A DNA stretch of 64,000 nt from Camelus dromedarius (lineage: Eukaryota). Positions 11,601 through 24,104 of the stretch are shown piece by piece (position 1 is the first letter of the stretch; every line of letters begins with the position of its first letter). The notes under the pieces are model-generated. The model had not been told where the DNA came from, searched no databases, and saw only the letters and a list, made by a program, of their open reading frames with translations. The stretch lies in the NCBI RefSeq assembly GCF_036321535.1, contig NC_087437.1, positions 112,718,001 through 112,782,000 of the forward strand, read 5' to 3'. The translations under genes were made by a program, and so were the position numbers.

Positions 11601-14600
11601 ATCTACAGGTGACTTAAATGCCTCCGTCTGTAGTTTGGTAACAGTGGGTGAATGGTGAGCTCCCAGTACAGCCAACAAGCAGACAAACATCTCTCTGTAG
11701 AAGATTCTGGCAGAGGCTGACAGCTGCTGCTCCCACATCTGCTTGGCACGTAGCATCAGATGATGTCGCAAGCCTCAAAAGAGGAAGAGTCCCTTCCTTT
11801 GACTCAGCCCATCATGTTTCTAAAAGTTGGACAGATCCTTCTCTGGATGTGGTTTTTCCCTAACTGACCCAGGATGGGGAGAGGCATTTTTGATCTGCCA
11901 TTTTTCATTAAGGATGCTGCTTCACTCAGGACTGGACAGCTGGACTCCCCTTACATGCCCTGTGCTGTCCCTTCCCCTCTCGGTCCCTGCCACACACAGT
12001 CATGCACATTGACCCACTTGTCACAGTCCAGGCCCCACACAGGGCAAGGTCTATGGTGGGGGCAGGTTCGTGCAGAGATGCTCCCCCAGATCATTCGATA
12101 AAGTTGAGATCTTGAAGAGCACTGGGCACATGCCCTGCACATTGTAGCTGAGGACGTGGAGGGTCTGGGAGCTACAGTGACATTCTCAAAGGCAGCTCCC
12201 AGACTCTCTGGCTGGTCCGCTTTCACGTGGTGCCCTTTGAGAAGAACAGCCCTACCTCCGCCAGCGCCTCAGAGCCGCCTGCCTCCACATAATCAGCGAC
12301 TGCATCTGTGGAAAGATGGACAGTGAGTTGCCCCTCCCTTGTGTGGTCCCTCCACCGCTGGGGTTGCCGTGGGAATTCGGAGCTGTTGGGAAGAATCCCA
12401 GTGCGTTGCTGCACCTTTCAACGTATGAGCTCAGGATGCAGCTGGTCTCCTCAACCTTTAGTCCTTCTCACCCTGACTGCAGGCGGACTATCCAAAGGCA
12501 CAGGCTTACCAGAGATGCCCTCGCTCTGTGCCAACCTAAGAACACATGTTACCGTAGCTTCTCAATTTTCATTTCTTGGCTGCCAGCAAAACATGGTGCC
12601 GTATAGAATAACACAGCTTATCCACAAGTTCAGTTTAATGTTTGACTTCACTTCTCTTAACATTTTGGAATATTTTATTTTCCCATGGACGATAGTAGAG
12701 GGAAGTGTTGGAGATCAATCAAAGTGACTGTATCCTGGGCCCGGTTAGAGGCAAGGAAGCCATGCAAGATGGTGATTCAGAGCAGGGGGTTGTGTGGCTG
12801 AGGGCAAATTACTTAACCTCTTCGTGCTTCAGGTTCCACCTTTACATCTGAAGAGGTAGTAGATAGTGAGCCTGGCAGATAGCGAGCTCCCAGTAGATAC
12901 TAGCCTCGTTGTTGCTGGGGAGAAAAGGGCATTTGTGCCCAGTCAGTGAGCATCACGGAACCCATTTAACCAGATTCCTGCTTTCTTGCATTAAACCCAG
13001 GCAGCATTTCAGAAAACATGCTTTTGCAGATGGAGATTTCAGAGAGAAATTTGGACCGCTTCCCTTAAAACTGTCAGACGCCTCATTCATTTGTGCACAA
13101 ATCAGGGCCCCTTCTCTGTTAGCAGGAGGCCCACCCGTGTGGAAGCAAACAGCTTTTTCCAACGCCTTCCTGTGCTCCCTAAATGTGCAGGGACACTCGG
13201 GACTTGCGCACATCCTCGGCTGAACTGCTGGCAAAGCCACCCCGTGTCTCACACGGCTGCTTGGCAGCGGGGAGGCCGACAGCGCCAACGGAATGCACGA
13301 GGCTTTTAAATGTCACGTCTGTGGCCTGCTCTGGCAGGCCCATGCAGCGCTCCACAATAAACCTGTCACACAGGCATTGAGTCACTGGATCCTTTATTTC
13401 TCATCACTGCATTCTGTGGCCTTGTGTTCTCTTGCCAGCAAAGACTGGAATGTTCAGCCCCCAAACATGCCAGGAGCTCGCTGTTTTTTAAAGCAACCGT
13501 GCAGCTTGGATACGGGATGTGTGTCACATGGTGGTGCTTCTCCAAAGCGCCGTCTCCGGAGCAGCCACCCCCAGCACGCTTGAGGACTGGAAGTTCATTC
13601 TCTCCCACCACCCCCTCCGCAGGAGCACACCCCGCCGTGTTCTCAGGATCCAGAGCTTTGGGCCTTGGACACCTCTGCTCCTGTTTGCTGGGCCTCCAGC
13701 AGAGCACAAGGCCTACCATCTGCCCCAGCAGAGGAAGCAAAGCCAGGATGCCCCCTCCTCTCTGGGGCGTTACCTTGGAGTTCTGAGGGCCCCGTGGGAA
13801 GGACGCCCCACATCTGAATCCACAGTAACCACCCTCTGCTGACGTGATCTCCGGCAGGAACCTCCACCCCACCCCATCCTCAAGGGGCAGAAGTACATCT
13901 GCCCGTCCTCTCCCTCTGCCCGCCCCCTCTCCCCTGCTCCGCATGTCAAAGGCTCAGGACACTGCTTGTGAGGCTAGCCTGCCTGTGTTTTCCAGCAAGC
14001 AGCTTCTCTGCTGTTGCTCCCTGAGAATCTCTGCTGAGAAACAGGGAACAGGTGATGAGGCTCAGTGGAACAGCAGCAGGCAGGGCTCCAGCTCTCTGGA
14101 AGCCTGGAGGAGCAGGAGGAGGCCACCAGCAGACGAAGGAGCAGAACCATTTCAGTTAGCGGTGGATGAAATGGGCCAAGCGTGACAGAGGGCCAGGGCT
14201 AGAGCAGATGTGAGGGCCTGGGAAGGCCTCTCCGGAGACGTTCCATGCGGGGTCGAGGTCCGACTGCGGGGAAGGAGTTGGCAGGCAAACATCAAGGGGA
14301 AGAGCATCTAAGGCCCAGGAACAGCCAGTGCAAAGGCCCTGAGGGTGGATGAGTTTCTCCTGCTCCTCCCGTAAGGATGCGCTAGTCTAACTGGTATCTG
14401 CTCCACGCTTGCCGTCTTCCAGCCTCTTCTCCATGCCATGGGCGGAGAGCTATTTTTAAAAACCAACTACTTCTGCTTAAAATCAGCCAGGGGAGTCCTG
14501 TCCTTGTGGGATAGAGACTCACATCTTACAGTTGCTCTGTAAGGCCCCGCTTGATCTGCTCCCTCCTGCCTGTGCGGCAGCCCCCACCCCGCCCTCTCCT

Positions 14601-16814
14601 CGTTTGTACCTACCTATTTGCCCATTTGTGCTCAGCCTTCCTCAAGCAGGGCCTTCCTTTCTGAGGTGCTGACAGGACCACCGTTAGGTGGCTGCTGTCA
14701 TCTAAAAGCCTTCCAGGTTTCCGGCATCACAAGAGGTTGTGGGTTCAGGGGCAATGGCCTCTCCAACTTCCAGATGGAGATGCTGATGCTTGAAGAGGTG
14801 AAGTCCCGGGCTGGTCCCCAGCATCCTGGTCTGATGTTCTTTCTAGTTCGTTCTGCTGCTTTTCAGGTCGCCACGATGGCCATAGACAAAAAGTCCAGGC
14901 TTCTGTTGTTGCCCCAGTGGGTTTCCAACTGGCTCTCTTGAAAATTTTCTCCTCTGACCCCCATACTACGTGATGGAAAGGTCCACTCTCATCACTGGTC
15001 CCCACTGCAGCATCCTGGGTGTACAGACAGCACAGGCACGGAGCCTTTCCCCACCTTGGAGATCCCATGACTCAACCTCCCAGAGTTGTCTTCCTCCCAG
15101 GACTCCTGTGCCTGCATGTCCGGTGGGAGGTGGTGCATGGGCTCGGGGTCCACAGACCCCATCATCCAGCCCCGCCCTGACTGTTGAGCCTTCCCTAACC
15201 AGACCTTCTGTCTATCATGTCTCTTCACCACCTCTCCAAGATTCTTGCATCAAGCTGAAACCACTGGTCATCACACCAGAATGCCCTCACCCCATCTTCC
15301 CCACCTCTGTCTGCCCACCTCACTCCTTCTTTCTCTGCCTTGGCCAGCTCCACTAACCTGCCATGTCTGAGCTCCTTGCTGAATCTTAGTTAACTAATTA
15401 TACATAAGATGAGTGGGTGGAGACTGATGCACAGACAGTCTCATTAAGCTGTGAGCTGCTTGGGAGCCAGGCTCTAGTGCATGAAGACCTACATGGTAGC
15501 AGCACGAATAAGTAGCGATGGTACCGCCCTTTGTATCTTAAATTTGCATGATGCCCAGTCTTCCTGTCCTCTTAGAAACTGGAGGGCACACCTGCCTCGC
15601 ATACTTGTGTGTCACCCAGGATGCTCGCTCATGGCCGTTACTCGGGAGGTGTCGGTGGCGGACCGTCCTGTGCTGCCCTCCTGTTGTTCCGCAGGCTCAC
15701 TCCTTACCTCCCAGCTAGGCTGGAGGGAAAGGACGCATCCTGTGTCCAGTCTCCCACCGTGTGTGGCCTCGACCCCTGCACCAGCTGTGCTTGGGAAGGC
15801 ACCACTGTTGAAAAGACAAATCCACGTGGGAAGACCCTAGAACAGGAAATGAGCTTATCAACCATAAGCCCTGTTACTCATCATTCGTATGCCGCCCTGA
15901 ATACCACGTATTTATCTTGTATTTGGTTTTCTGTCTCCCCTCCACTAGAATGGAAGCTCCATGAAAGCAGGGACCTGAGCACATCTCTGCGGTTGCTGAG
16001 GGTGAGCAGGAGATGCCCCGGGGCTCAGGTGGTCTCTTGTGTTCCAGCGGGGTCAGTTTGCCAAGTTAGGAGAGACTGCAGGCTGTCCTTAGACGCCTGT
16101 GAAGATAATTCCCTTGGGATGAGAAGTACACCCGCCCTTGTGGACAGCCCAGAGCTGGTTTGGTGACCAGAGTCTCCCATGGGCTGGGGCTGCCCCGGGA
16201 CTGGTCAGCCAAGGTCATTTTCAGAGGAGACCCAGCTGCCTTGACCCAGCCTGGCTGCTGCCCGCCCCTGCCAGCCTCCAGCTCCAAGAACAGGAGTGTC
16301 CTCCCAACCAGGTCATCCAGGAATGGACTGGGAGAGCCATGGATGAGGACCACGCTCAGGCCCACCCTTTAAAAAGCTCATGGTTTCCTTGTGTGTCTTC
16401 ACTTCCCAAGACAGCGAGAGCAAAGGTTTTATTCCTAATCAAAGAAGTCATCATATGTCTCTGGACTCCACTGTCCCATCTGTAAAATGAGGTCACTGGA
16501 CAGAGTGACCTCTCGAGCTCCAGCCCTAGAGTTGGGGGTCAGGTGGTGGCAGTGGGGCCTCCAGGAAGAGAGCATCGGAGGTCCTCTGGGCCCTGGGGTG
16601 TGGCTGGCCTTGGAGGACGGCATTCTGTGGTTACGGCCATCACACCCCTTGGACAAGTTGCTTGAGTGACCCGCCTTGGGCTGGATTTGGTTCAGCAGCT
16701 GTGGCCACTGTCATCCTGCACGTGCCTGGACAGATCCAGTTTCTAAATTGCTCCCTTTTCACACCAAGTGCCTTGATTTCCAGGCAAGCTTCCCTCTCAT
16801 GGCATGGCCCTCAC

Positions 16815-16960
16815 TCGGCTCTGCGTCAGAACCACCTGGAAGCTTTGCAAATTACAGGCACCTGGGGTGCACCCCAGCCGGTCGGATCCGATTCGTCTGG
16901 GTTACAGCAAGGACACTGGGCTTTTTAAAAGCTCCTTAGGTGATTCTGATGTTCAGCCAA
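16815..16960. mobile_element. MER5A-like DNA transposon fragment
   Basis: CAGAACCACCTGGAAGCTT...AAGCTCCTTAGGTGATTCTGATG, the palindromic MER5 core. Confidence 0.6.
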
Positions 16961-17113
16961 ACTCGACGGCCGCGGCCCTCCTCCATCCTCCGCACGGCTG
17001 CCACGGTGATCCTCCTGAAATACAGCCAGACCTTCCCTTCCTCCGCAGCCGAAGATGACAATCCAGAGGCCTCGCTGCATTGCTCAGAACCTCCTTGACT
17101 GCGCTTCCCCACC

Positions 17114-17512
17114 TGTTAGGGGCTGAGTGTAAGTCCCCAAAACTCATGTGTTGAAGCCCTTACCCTTATTCCTCAGACCTCAGACTATGACTGTATTTGG
17201 AGATGGGGCCTTTAAAGAAGTTGTTAAGATGAGGCCATCAGGGTGGGCCCCATCTGATCTGACTGGTGTCCTGAATGAGAAGAGGAGGAGTGGGCACAAA
17301 GCATCCCTGGGGATGAGCACACGTGGGGGAAAGGCCGTGGGAGGACCCAGGGCGAAGACGGCCGGCCAAGCAGAGAGGCTTCACAAGAAGCCAGACCTGC
17401 TGACACATTGATCTTGGACTTCCAGCCTCCAGACCTGTGAGACAATAAGCTTCTGTGGTCCAAGCCGCCTAGGCTGTGGGACTTTGTTACAGCAGCCCGG
17501 CTGACTGATGCA
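17114..17512 (+). mobile_element. MLT1 (ERVL-MaLR) solo LTR
   Basis: TG...CA ends. GACTGTATTTGGAGATGGGGCCTTTAAAGA and GATCTTGGACTTCCAGCCTCCAGA..TTTGTTACAGCAGCCC are typical of MLT1A/B. Confidence 0.85.
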
Positions 17513-17534
17513 CCTCCCTTCGAGCCAGGCGAGA

Positions 17535-17755
17535 GGCACCGTGGTCAAGAATGAGAACTCCGGGGTCGGATTCCCTCTGCGCCTCATTAACTGAGGCTTT
17601 GGCATGTTACTTAACTTCTCTGTGCCTCAGTTTCCCTGTTGGTTCAATGAGATGAACAGCAGAAGCTACCACGTAGGATTATTGGTGAGGATGCCACGAG
17701 TCCATGAACTATAGTGCTTGGAACTTTGTGGCTCGAAGAAGCATTCAGTGTCAAC
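17535..17755 (+). mobile_element. MIR SINE
   Basis: MIR core TTACTTAACTTCTCTGTGCCTCAGTTTCCC. Confidence 0.7.
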
Positions 17756-18260
17756 TTGCCTTCCTCCCTGGGCCCCAGCATCTGCTTCTCTCTCTTCCTC
17801 ACCTGCCTCCTGGCTCCGCCACTCCGTCCTTACTCCCCTTTTCTCTGACTGCTCCCCTGCTTGGATCCCTCCCTCCTCCCCACCCTGACATTTGCCTGAT
17901 GAAGTCCAACTCAAATTCGTCCTCCTCTGGAAAATATTCCCAGATCCATCTAGTCAGAACTACTGCCTCCTCCCTCATATTGCAATAAAAATGTGTTTGG
18001 ACTTCTAACACCCAATACCCTGTGTTCCCAAAGAATTTATTTACAGTTGCCACTAACAACCCTAAAAATACTGTGGGATAGCGCACATTGAAAGCAGGAA
18101 CTCAGAAAGAAAGAAAAATAAGGATAGAGACATAAACGGGGCCAGGAAGGAGCTAACAAATGCATACCATAGGGCATCGGACACAGCGCCAGGAATTCCA
18201 GCATCGCTTATAAAGCCAGGGTTGATATGTTTTTGATTTAAAAAAATTACTAACATTCTT

Positions 18261-18312
18261 TTTAAAAAAAAATTTTATTGAAGTGTAGTTGGTTTACAAT
18301 GTTAGTTTCACG
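18261..18312 (-). mobile_element. Extremely 5'-truncated L1 3' end with TSD
   Basis: TTTTATTGAAGTGTAGTTGGTTTACAATGTTAG resembles the antisense 3' terminus of laurasiatherian L1. Flanked by AACATTCTT at 18252-18260 and 18313-18321. Confidence 0.65.
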
Positions 18313-21300
18313 AACATTCTTATTTATGCAAAATGAAGAGATGACTTATTCCTGAGAATAATTTGATTTTTGCCACATCTCAACAGTCATTAAACTGCCT
18401 AGTGGCCCAGGTAGGCTGGATTCCCCTTCTTGGGAGAAATGTAAGCATATCTGGAAACCACATTGGCAGTTTGGAGCTTCAGGGTTATGACTGAGTGCAG
18501 CTGAGTGGAAGTCCCTGGTGAGTCCCAGGACAGGCTGGAGAGGGTGCCAGGCTCACCAGGCAGCGCACAGGGGGTCTTTGGTGCCATCAGGTGGAACGTC
18601 CCCCACCTCTCACCACAGGCCTCCGCGCCCACCTGGCTTCTCTAACCACCCCCTAACAATCCAGTCTTAGGGATTTGCAACTCTGAGGTCTCGGAGACTG
18701 ATGACAAGGTGCCTGGTGCCCCTTACGAGGTGACTGCAAATCGGCAAGGATGGTTTCCCACATTCAGGCCGAACTTGGAGTAGCCTCCTGTGTGGATGAG
18801 AGCTCCACAGGCCCCATTAATGTGTATCCTGCTGACCAGGGCCACTCAGCCGGAAGATTTGGGCTGAATGTCCCCAGAGACATCGGTAGATCCTTTCCCT
18901 CAAAGATGGAAAACCATCACCCAAGCTTCTGTATTGTCCTTTCCCATCCCTCCAGCATCACAACCCCTGTAATCGGCTTCCCACCTTATCTTCCACAGCA
19001 TCTCTGCATTCACCTGGCATGCTGGCCCCACACCCCCAATCTAATGGCCCCATCCTCCCTGGCCACGTAGAAACCCAGCGCAGGGAGGACCAAGTCCTCG
19101 TAGAAGCTTCCTCCATCAGGACAGAGAGCATCAACTCCTCTGTGTTCCTGCAGCCTCCACCATGGGCACACACAGCCCGCAGGCCTGTTCTTTATTGCTT
19201 GCTATTGTGAATTTAATTTTCATGTCGAGTCTCCCCCACCGCCGTGAGTTTCCTGAGGACAAGGACATTATCTTGCTTATTTCTGTGTCTCTTGGACTTC
19301 AGGGAAAGTTAATGCATATTTATTGACCATCTTACAGTATATTTTGGCCCTTTCATAGCAGGAATGAGTCCTGTTTATTTGCTTTGCTCTGTGGCCAGCT
19401 TGCTGTGGGGCCTGGTTTGGTTTTAAAAATGATGGTCCCTGTTGGGAAAGGAAGTGGAATGATTGGGTGTATGGAGAGGGGCAACACTTGCTTTTTACTC
19501 TAAATATTCTGCATCTTTTGAACTGTTTATAGAAAGCATGTGTTCACGCATGATTTTTGTAATAAAGCAATTTATTTAGATTATGCTGTTCATATGTAGA
19601 GTGTCCCACTGAGGAGACAAGACTGGTCTTTTGGGGTAAGATTTTCCCCTGCTTTTCTCCAGTGGCCCAGACTCAGATCCTTGCAGAGGGACACCGTGGC
19701 TCTCTCTGTTCTGTAAATGTGTCTAACTATACAAAATTGTAAGAGACAGCACATAGATTAGGAATTTTATGTGGGTTGTAATTGGGGATCATTTTTAACT
19801 GCCTGAAGTCATTTGCAATATTATTTCAGCTGCGAGTGGATTATAGTTAGTTATAAGAACCCCTCCATCCCACCGAGATGTCCATGAAATTTATTTGCCG
19901 TGTTTTACCCTCTCATTTTTCACTGGGAAAGGAAGCCAGCAAACTGTGTTTATTCTGGTTCCCAAAGGAGAGAAAGACCACGTCCCTCCACCCCTAAAGA
20001 AAGCTCTCTTATTTGAAATGTCTTTTCCATTTACCCTGCTCTGAATAATGGAGTTTTAAAACTCTCTTGTTTTTCTAAGTATTAAATTTTCAAAGGAAGG
20101 ATATTTTTGAGTTCAAAGCGCCGGTTTCAAGTCTTTAATAGTTCACTTGGTCTGGCATTCACCAGCAAGAATTTTTAAAACGGCATCCTATGGGGTCAGT
20201 TCAGTAGCTAAAAAGATGATTCCAAGCCAACATCATTGGCATATAATCCTGAGACGAATCTCCCCCACAAAATCTTTGTTTTTCATTATGTCCTGGGTGC
20301 TGGAGAGGCCACCTGGACCACCCCTCTGCCTCCAGGCAGGCTTTTAGGGGGGCCAACTTAGGATGGAATTTATTGGGGCAAGTAGCCCAGACTCACACAG
20401 CACTGCCTCCCAAACTTCTCAGCCTGCTGGGTCGACTGAACAAAAGCTGGCGCTGCCCAAACCTCCTCGTAATCCCCAACCCCCACGAGCAGGAGACTTT
20501 CAGTTCACCCTGAACTGGCCCTGGCACCTGGAATTGTTGGACCAATGGCCCACATCCATCCTGGACCTTCTGCAGTTGCTCTGGCTCTGAGCTTCTTCAA
20601 AACCACAGTGTGTAAATCTTGAAGACTCAGAAGAATGAACTTTTAAAGTCCCAAACAAGCCAGCTCCTGTCATCTTTCCTCACAGGTCCTTGTGTCCGGT
20701 TCCTTAGTCACTTTATGTGTCTCTGATCATGTGCACCATCCTTGTTGCAGAGTTGTCCACTTCTAGGAATGTCCCCGTTTCTCAGTGGGGTGCTATTGGC
20801 ATTTGAGGTGGGCCTCTCTCGGTCCTGTGTATTGCAGGTCATCTAGAGTCCTGGCTCAGCCCACCAAATTCCAGCAGCCACCTCCAGTCATTACGACAGC
20901 CAAGAAGTCATTCTCAGCGTGGACATGGCGGGGGTGGGTGCAGTGCAAGCCTCAACCTGGTGGGGCGCAGTACCATCTTCAGCCTGTGGCAGTGAAGGTG
21001 GGGAGGGGGACGCGATACTGCCCCCAGCGGAGGACTCCAGGGTTCTTAGCTGTATGCTCTAGGGGGCTGGCACTTCTCTTCTTCCACCATGAATCTGCAG
21101 CGCACAGCACAGTTAGTGCCAGACTTGTGGTAGGACATCAGTAAATATTTGTCACATGAATGAATGAATGAGGTCTATGAACAAGCTTCAAGAGGGCCTG
21201 TGAACCCTATAAAATTGTGTGCAAAATGAGTGTGTATATTGTGTGCATTGTACACATATGTTTTCTGGGGCAAGAGTTTGTAGCATCCACCAGATTCTCC

Positions 21301-22302
21301 AAGGGAAATTGTGACCTATGGGGATGTTCGGAAGACTGATCCAACCAGTGTCCACTACTAGCCTGATGTTTGTGTCCCTGCAAACGTCACTGCACAGTAT
21401 TTGTGAGGTGAGTTTTAGAACTGCTTCTCTGTACCAATATTCTGATATCCCTGCAGAAAGGAATGTCCTGGAAAATTCCAGGGGAGACTTCCCTGAGTTC
21501 ATACAAATCTCTAATGCAATGTATATTCTACCCTTTAACAAGAAATGGCCTTAGTCCTGGGCCTTTGGACTCACTAACAGGAAACTTTGGCAAGAATAGG
21601 GCAGGCATTTTCTGCCCGAACTCGAGAGTGTTTCCTGGGTGGCTTTCCAATGAAAGACAAAGAAACTGGGAACATCACTCAGCTTCCCGTCAACCCGGGC
21701 TCACGCAGCAGCTCAGCAGAGGCTGGATCAGCCCAACCAGTGAGCAATCATGACTTGCTTCCTTCCTTGGAATTCACTGTCAACGCAACTGTTTTAATAA
21801 AACACAATCAACGCACTGAGACAGGATGGACAGCTGGGCCAAGCTGGTGACTGAGCCAAAGACCCAGTTTCCAGAAATGTCTGCAGACCTGCGTGAAGAT
21901 TCATAGCCCTGAGGAATTACAGTTTGGCTGCACTGCAGTGGCTTTGAGTGAGGTCTCGGATGGATGGGTGTGGAGGGTGTTAACATAATGATGGCACATC
22001 CTTGATGCTTCCCCAGCATCCATCTGCCCATCCTGGGACTGTCCTGTCCCAGGAAGAGAAGCTACAGCATTCTAGAAAGGGCATTTAGCCAGGGGAGGGG
22101 ACAAAACTGGAGGCTTAAAGCACCCCAGCTTGGAGTTAATCTCTGGCGCAGTGAAGCATTTACCAAGAAGCCTGTGATATCATTCACTCAGAGGGATCAT
22201 TCTATTTGCAGAAGCTTCCAGCGTCTAGACTAGATCAGTCATGAGCCTAGAAACTCTCTCGGGGGAAGATGGAAACTCTGAGGAACCCCTGAGAGTTCAG
22301 AA

Positions 22303-22457
22303 CAGGCGTCTCAAACTTTAGTATCCCTAAAAAGTCACCTGGAGAGCTTGTTAAACCACATTCCAGGCCCTGACTTCACATAGTCTATTCATCAGGGGCT
22401 GAGAATCTGCATTTCTAATAAGCTCCCAGTCTGGAGACCCCAGTCTAAGAACCACTG
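22303..22457. mobile_element. MER5-family hAT-Charlie MITE
   Basis: CAGGCGTCTCAAACTT ... AAGAACCACTG termini. Internal AGAATCTGCATTTCTAATAAGCTCCCAG. Confidence 0.7.
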
Positions 22458-22486
22458 GTTTCCAGTAGGTGGTTTTGCTCTGTGCT

Positions 22487-22507
22487 CTATGGCGCCCCCT
22501 TGTGGGG
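22487..22507 (-). promoter_or_regulatory. CTCF-like motif
   Basis: Reverse complement CCCCACAAGGGGGCGCCATAG, close to the CTCF core CCACNAGGGGGCGC. Confidence 0.5.
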
Positions 22508-23410
22508 AGAAGAAGGGATGAGAAAAGCAAATGAATGGGACTCAGAGCTCTCACCCCCACCTACATCCAAGACACCTCCCAGTCTACTTTACACATCTGG
22601 TTTTGGTGATTAAACAAAGAACCCCTGATAGAATGGACGGGGATGGAGGGCCCACTGTCTGGAAGAGGTGGGTCCAGGCCTGCATGAGAGGTGCTGCCTA
22701 GAGCCGAGCTTCCCCATCCCTCATTCCAGTGTGCCTGTGTCAGGGGGCAGCCTCTGCCTATAACCTGAAAACATTTGAGGCAAGCAAATCCCAAATATCC
22801 AGCTAAGGGAGCAGAGGCCAGCGCAGGTACCACCTCCTGTGCGTGCACCATTTCAGTCAGCAGAGCCCACTCCCTGGGTACCTGTGGCTGCAGTGGTGAC
22901 TGGCTGTCTGTGCCTGGAGGGGTTTCCTGCCCACCTGCAGGTTTTTGAGTTAGCGTCTGGGTGCAGGGCAGCACCTGGTCCAAGAGAATTTGCCCATCAT
23001 TGTCCGGATGTGCCCCACATCTGCCCTGGCCCCCGGCCCATCAGGATAACCACTTCATCCTCCAAAAACCAACCTCAGGGTAACTGTATGGCCTCCTGTA
23101 GCTCGGACCCACAGTAGTGATCTGGGGTAGAGCCTAGTTTCTGGGGTCAAAGTGTCGGGGTTTCATCTCGACTTCACTACCACCCAGCTGAGAGACCCTG
23201 GGTGAGGCAACCCCTCTAAGCCTCAGTTTCCCGTCTGTAACATGGAGAAAATTGTAGTATCCATGTGAGCATTAAACACAGCTGTCCGTGTACCACTCCT
23301 GGTACCGCACCTGTCATGGTGTGAACCCTCAGGAAATGTTGGCCAATTGTTACTAAGTCTTCTCTCTTAACACTATTTCAGTGGTTTTGATGAAGCTGGA
23401 GTGTTCTGTT

Positions 23411-23859
23411 TGTATTAGTTTCCTGGGGCTGCTGTAACAAAAGACCACAAACCGGGTGGCTTAAAACAGCAGACATATATTTGCTCATAGTTCTGGTGGG
23501 AAGACATCCAAAATCCAGGTTTTGTCAAGGTCACGTTCCTCTGAAGGCTTCCGGGGGGAATTTGCTCCACGCCTGTAGCTCCTGATGCTGCTGGCAATCC
23601 CTGGCGTTCCTTGGCTCACAGATGCGTCACTCTAATCTCTGCCTCTGTCGTCACATGGCATTCCTTCTGTCTTTCTCTGTCATCTTCTTATAAAAGGACA
23701 CCAGTCATATTGGACTAGGGCCCACCCTAATTGACTATGACTTCATCTTAATTTGATTGCATCTGCAAAGACCTTTATTTCCAAGTAAGGTCACCTTCGC
23801 AGGTACCTAGGGTAGGACTTGGACATGTCTTTTTAAGGGACAGCATTCAACCCACAACA
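23411..23859 (-). mobile_element. MLT1 (ERVL-MaLR) solo LTR
   Basis: TGTATTAGTTTCCTGGGGCTGCTGTAACAAA..CCACAAAC..GTGGCTTAAAACA ... ATTCAACCCACAACA, the antisense MLT1B/C pattern. Confidence 0.88.
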
Positions 23860-23982
23860 CTGTCTGACTAGAGTGAGACCACAGGGCCCGGCAGCCGTGA
23901 GGACCCTGGGGGTCTTCCCTGTGAAGCTGGACAGGGCTTCCCCAGACCTGGACTAAACTGTCCTAATGGTTGTGTTTTGCAG

Positions 23983-24104
23983 GGTGTTCAGACTTACATC
24001 TCCTGGATATGTTGACCCCAACTGAGAGGAAGCGACAGGGATACATCCACGAGCTCATTGTCACGGAGGAGAACTACGTGAATGACCTGCAGCTGGTCAC
24101 AGAG
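23983..24104 (+). CDS. ITSN1: ITSN1-L first long-isoform-specific exon (approx. exon 31), start of DH (RhoGEF) domain
   Basis: gttttgcag|GG acceptor, GAG|gtgagg donor. 122 nt, phase 1>0. T+GG=W, then [40 protein letters not shown]. Confidence 0.97.

Noticed and set aside
9852..14185. Long ORFs of 208 aa (9852-10478) and 192 aa (13366-13944) in the large intron
   Set aside because: GC-rich intronic sequence, partly MER20-derived, with no domain similarity or supported splice structure.
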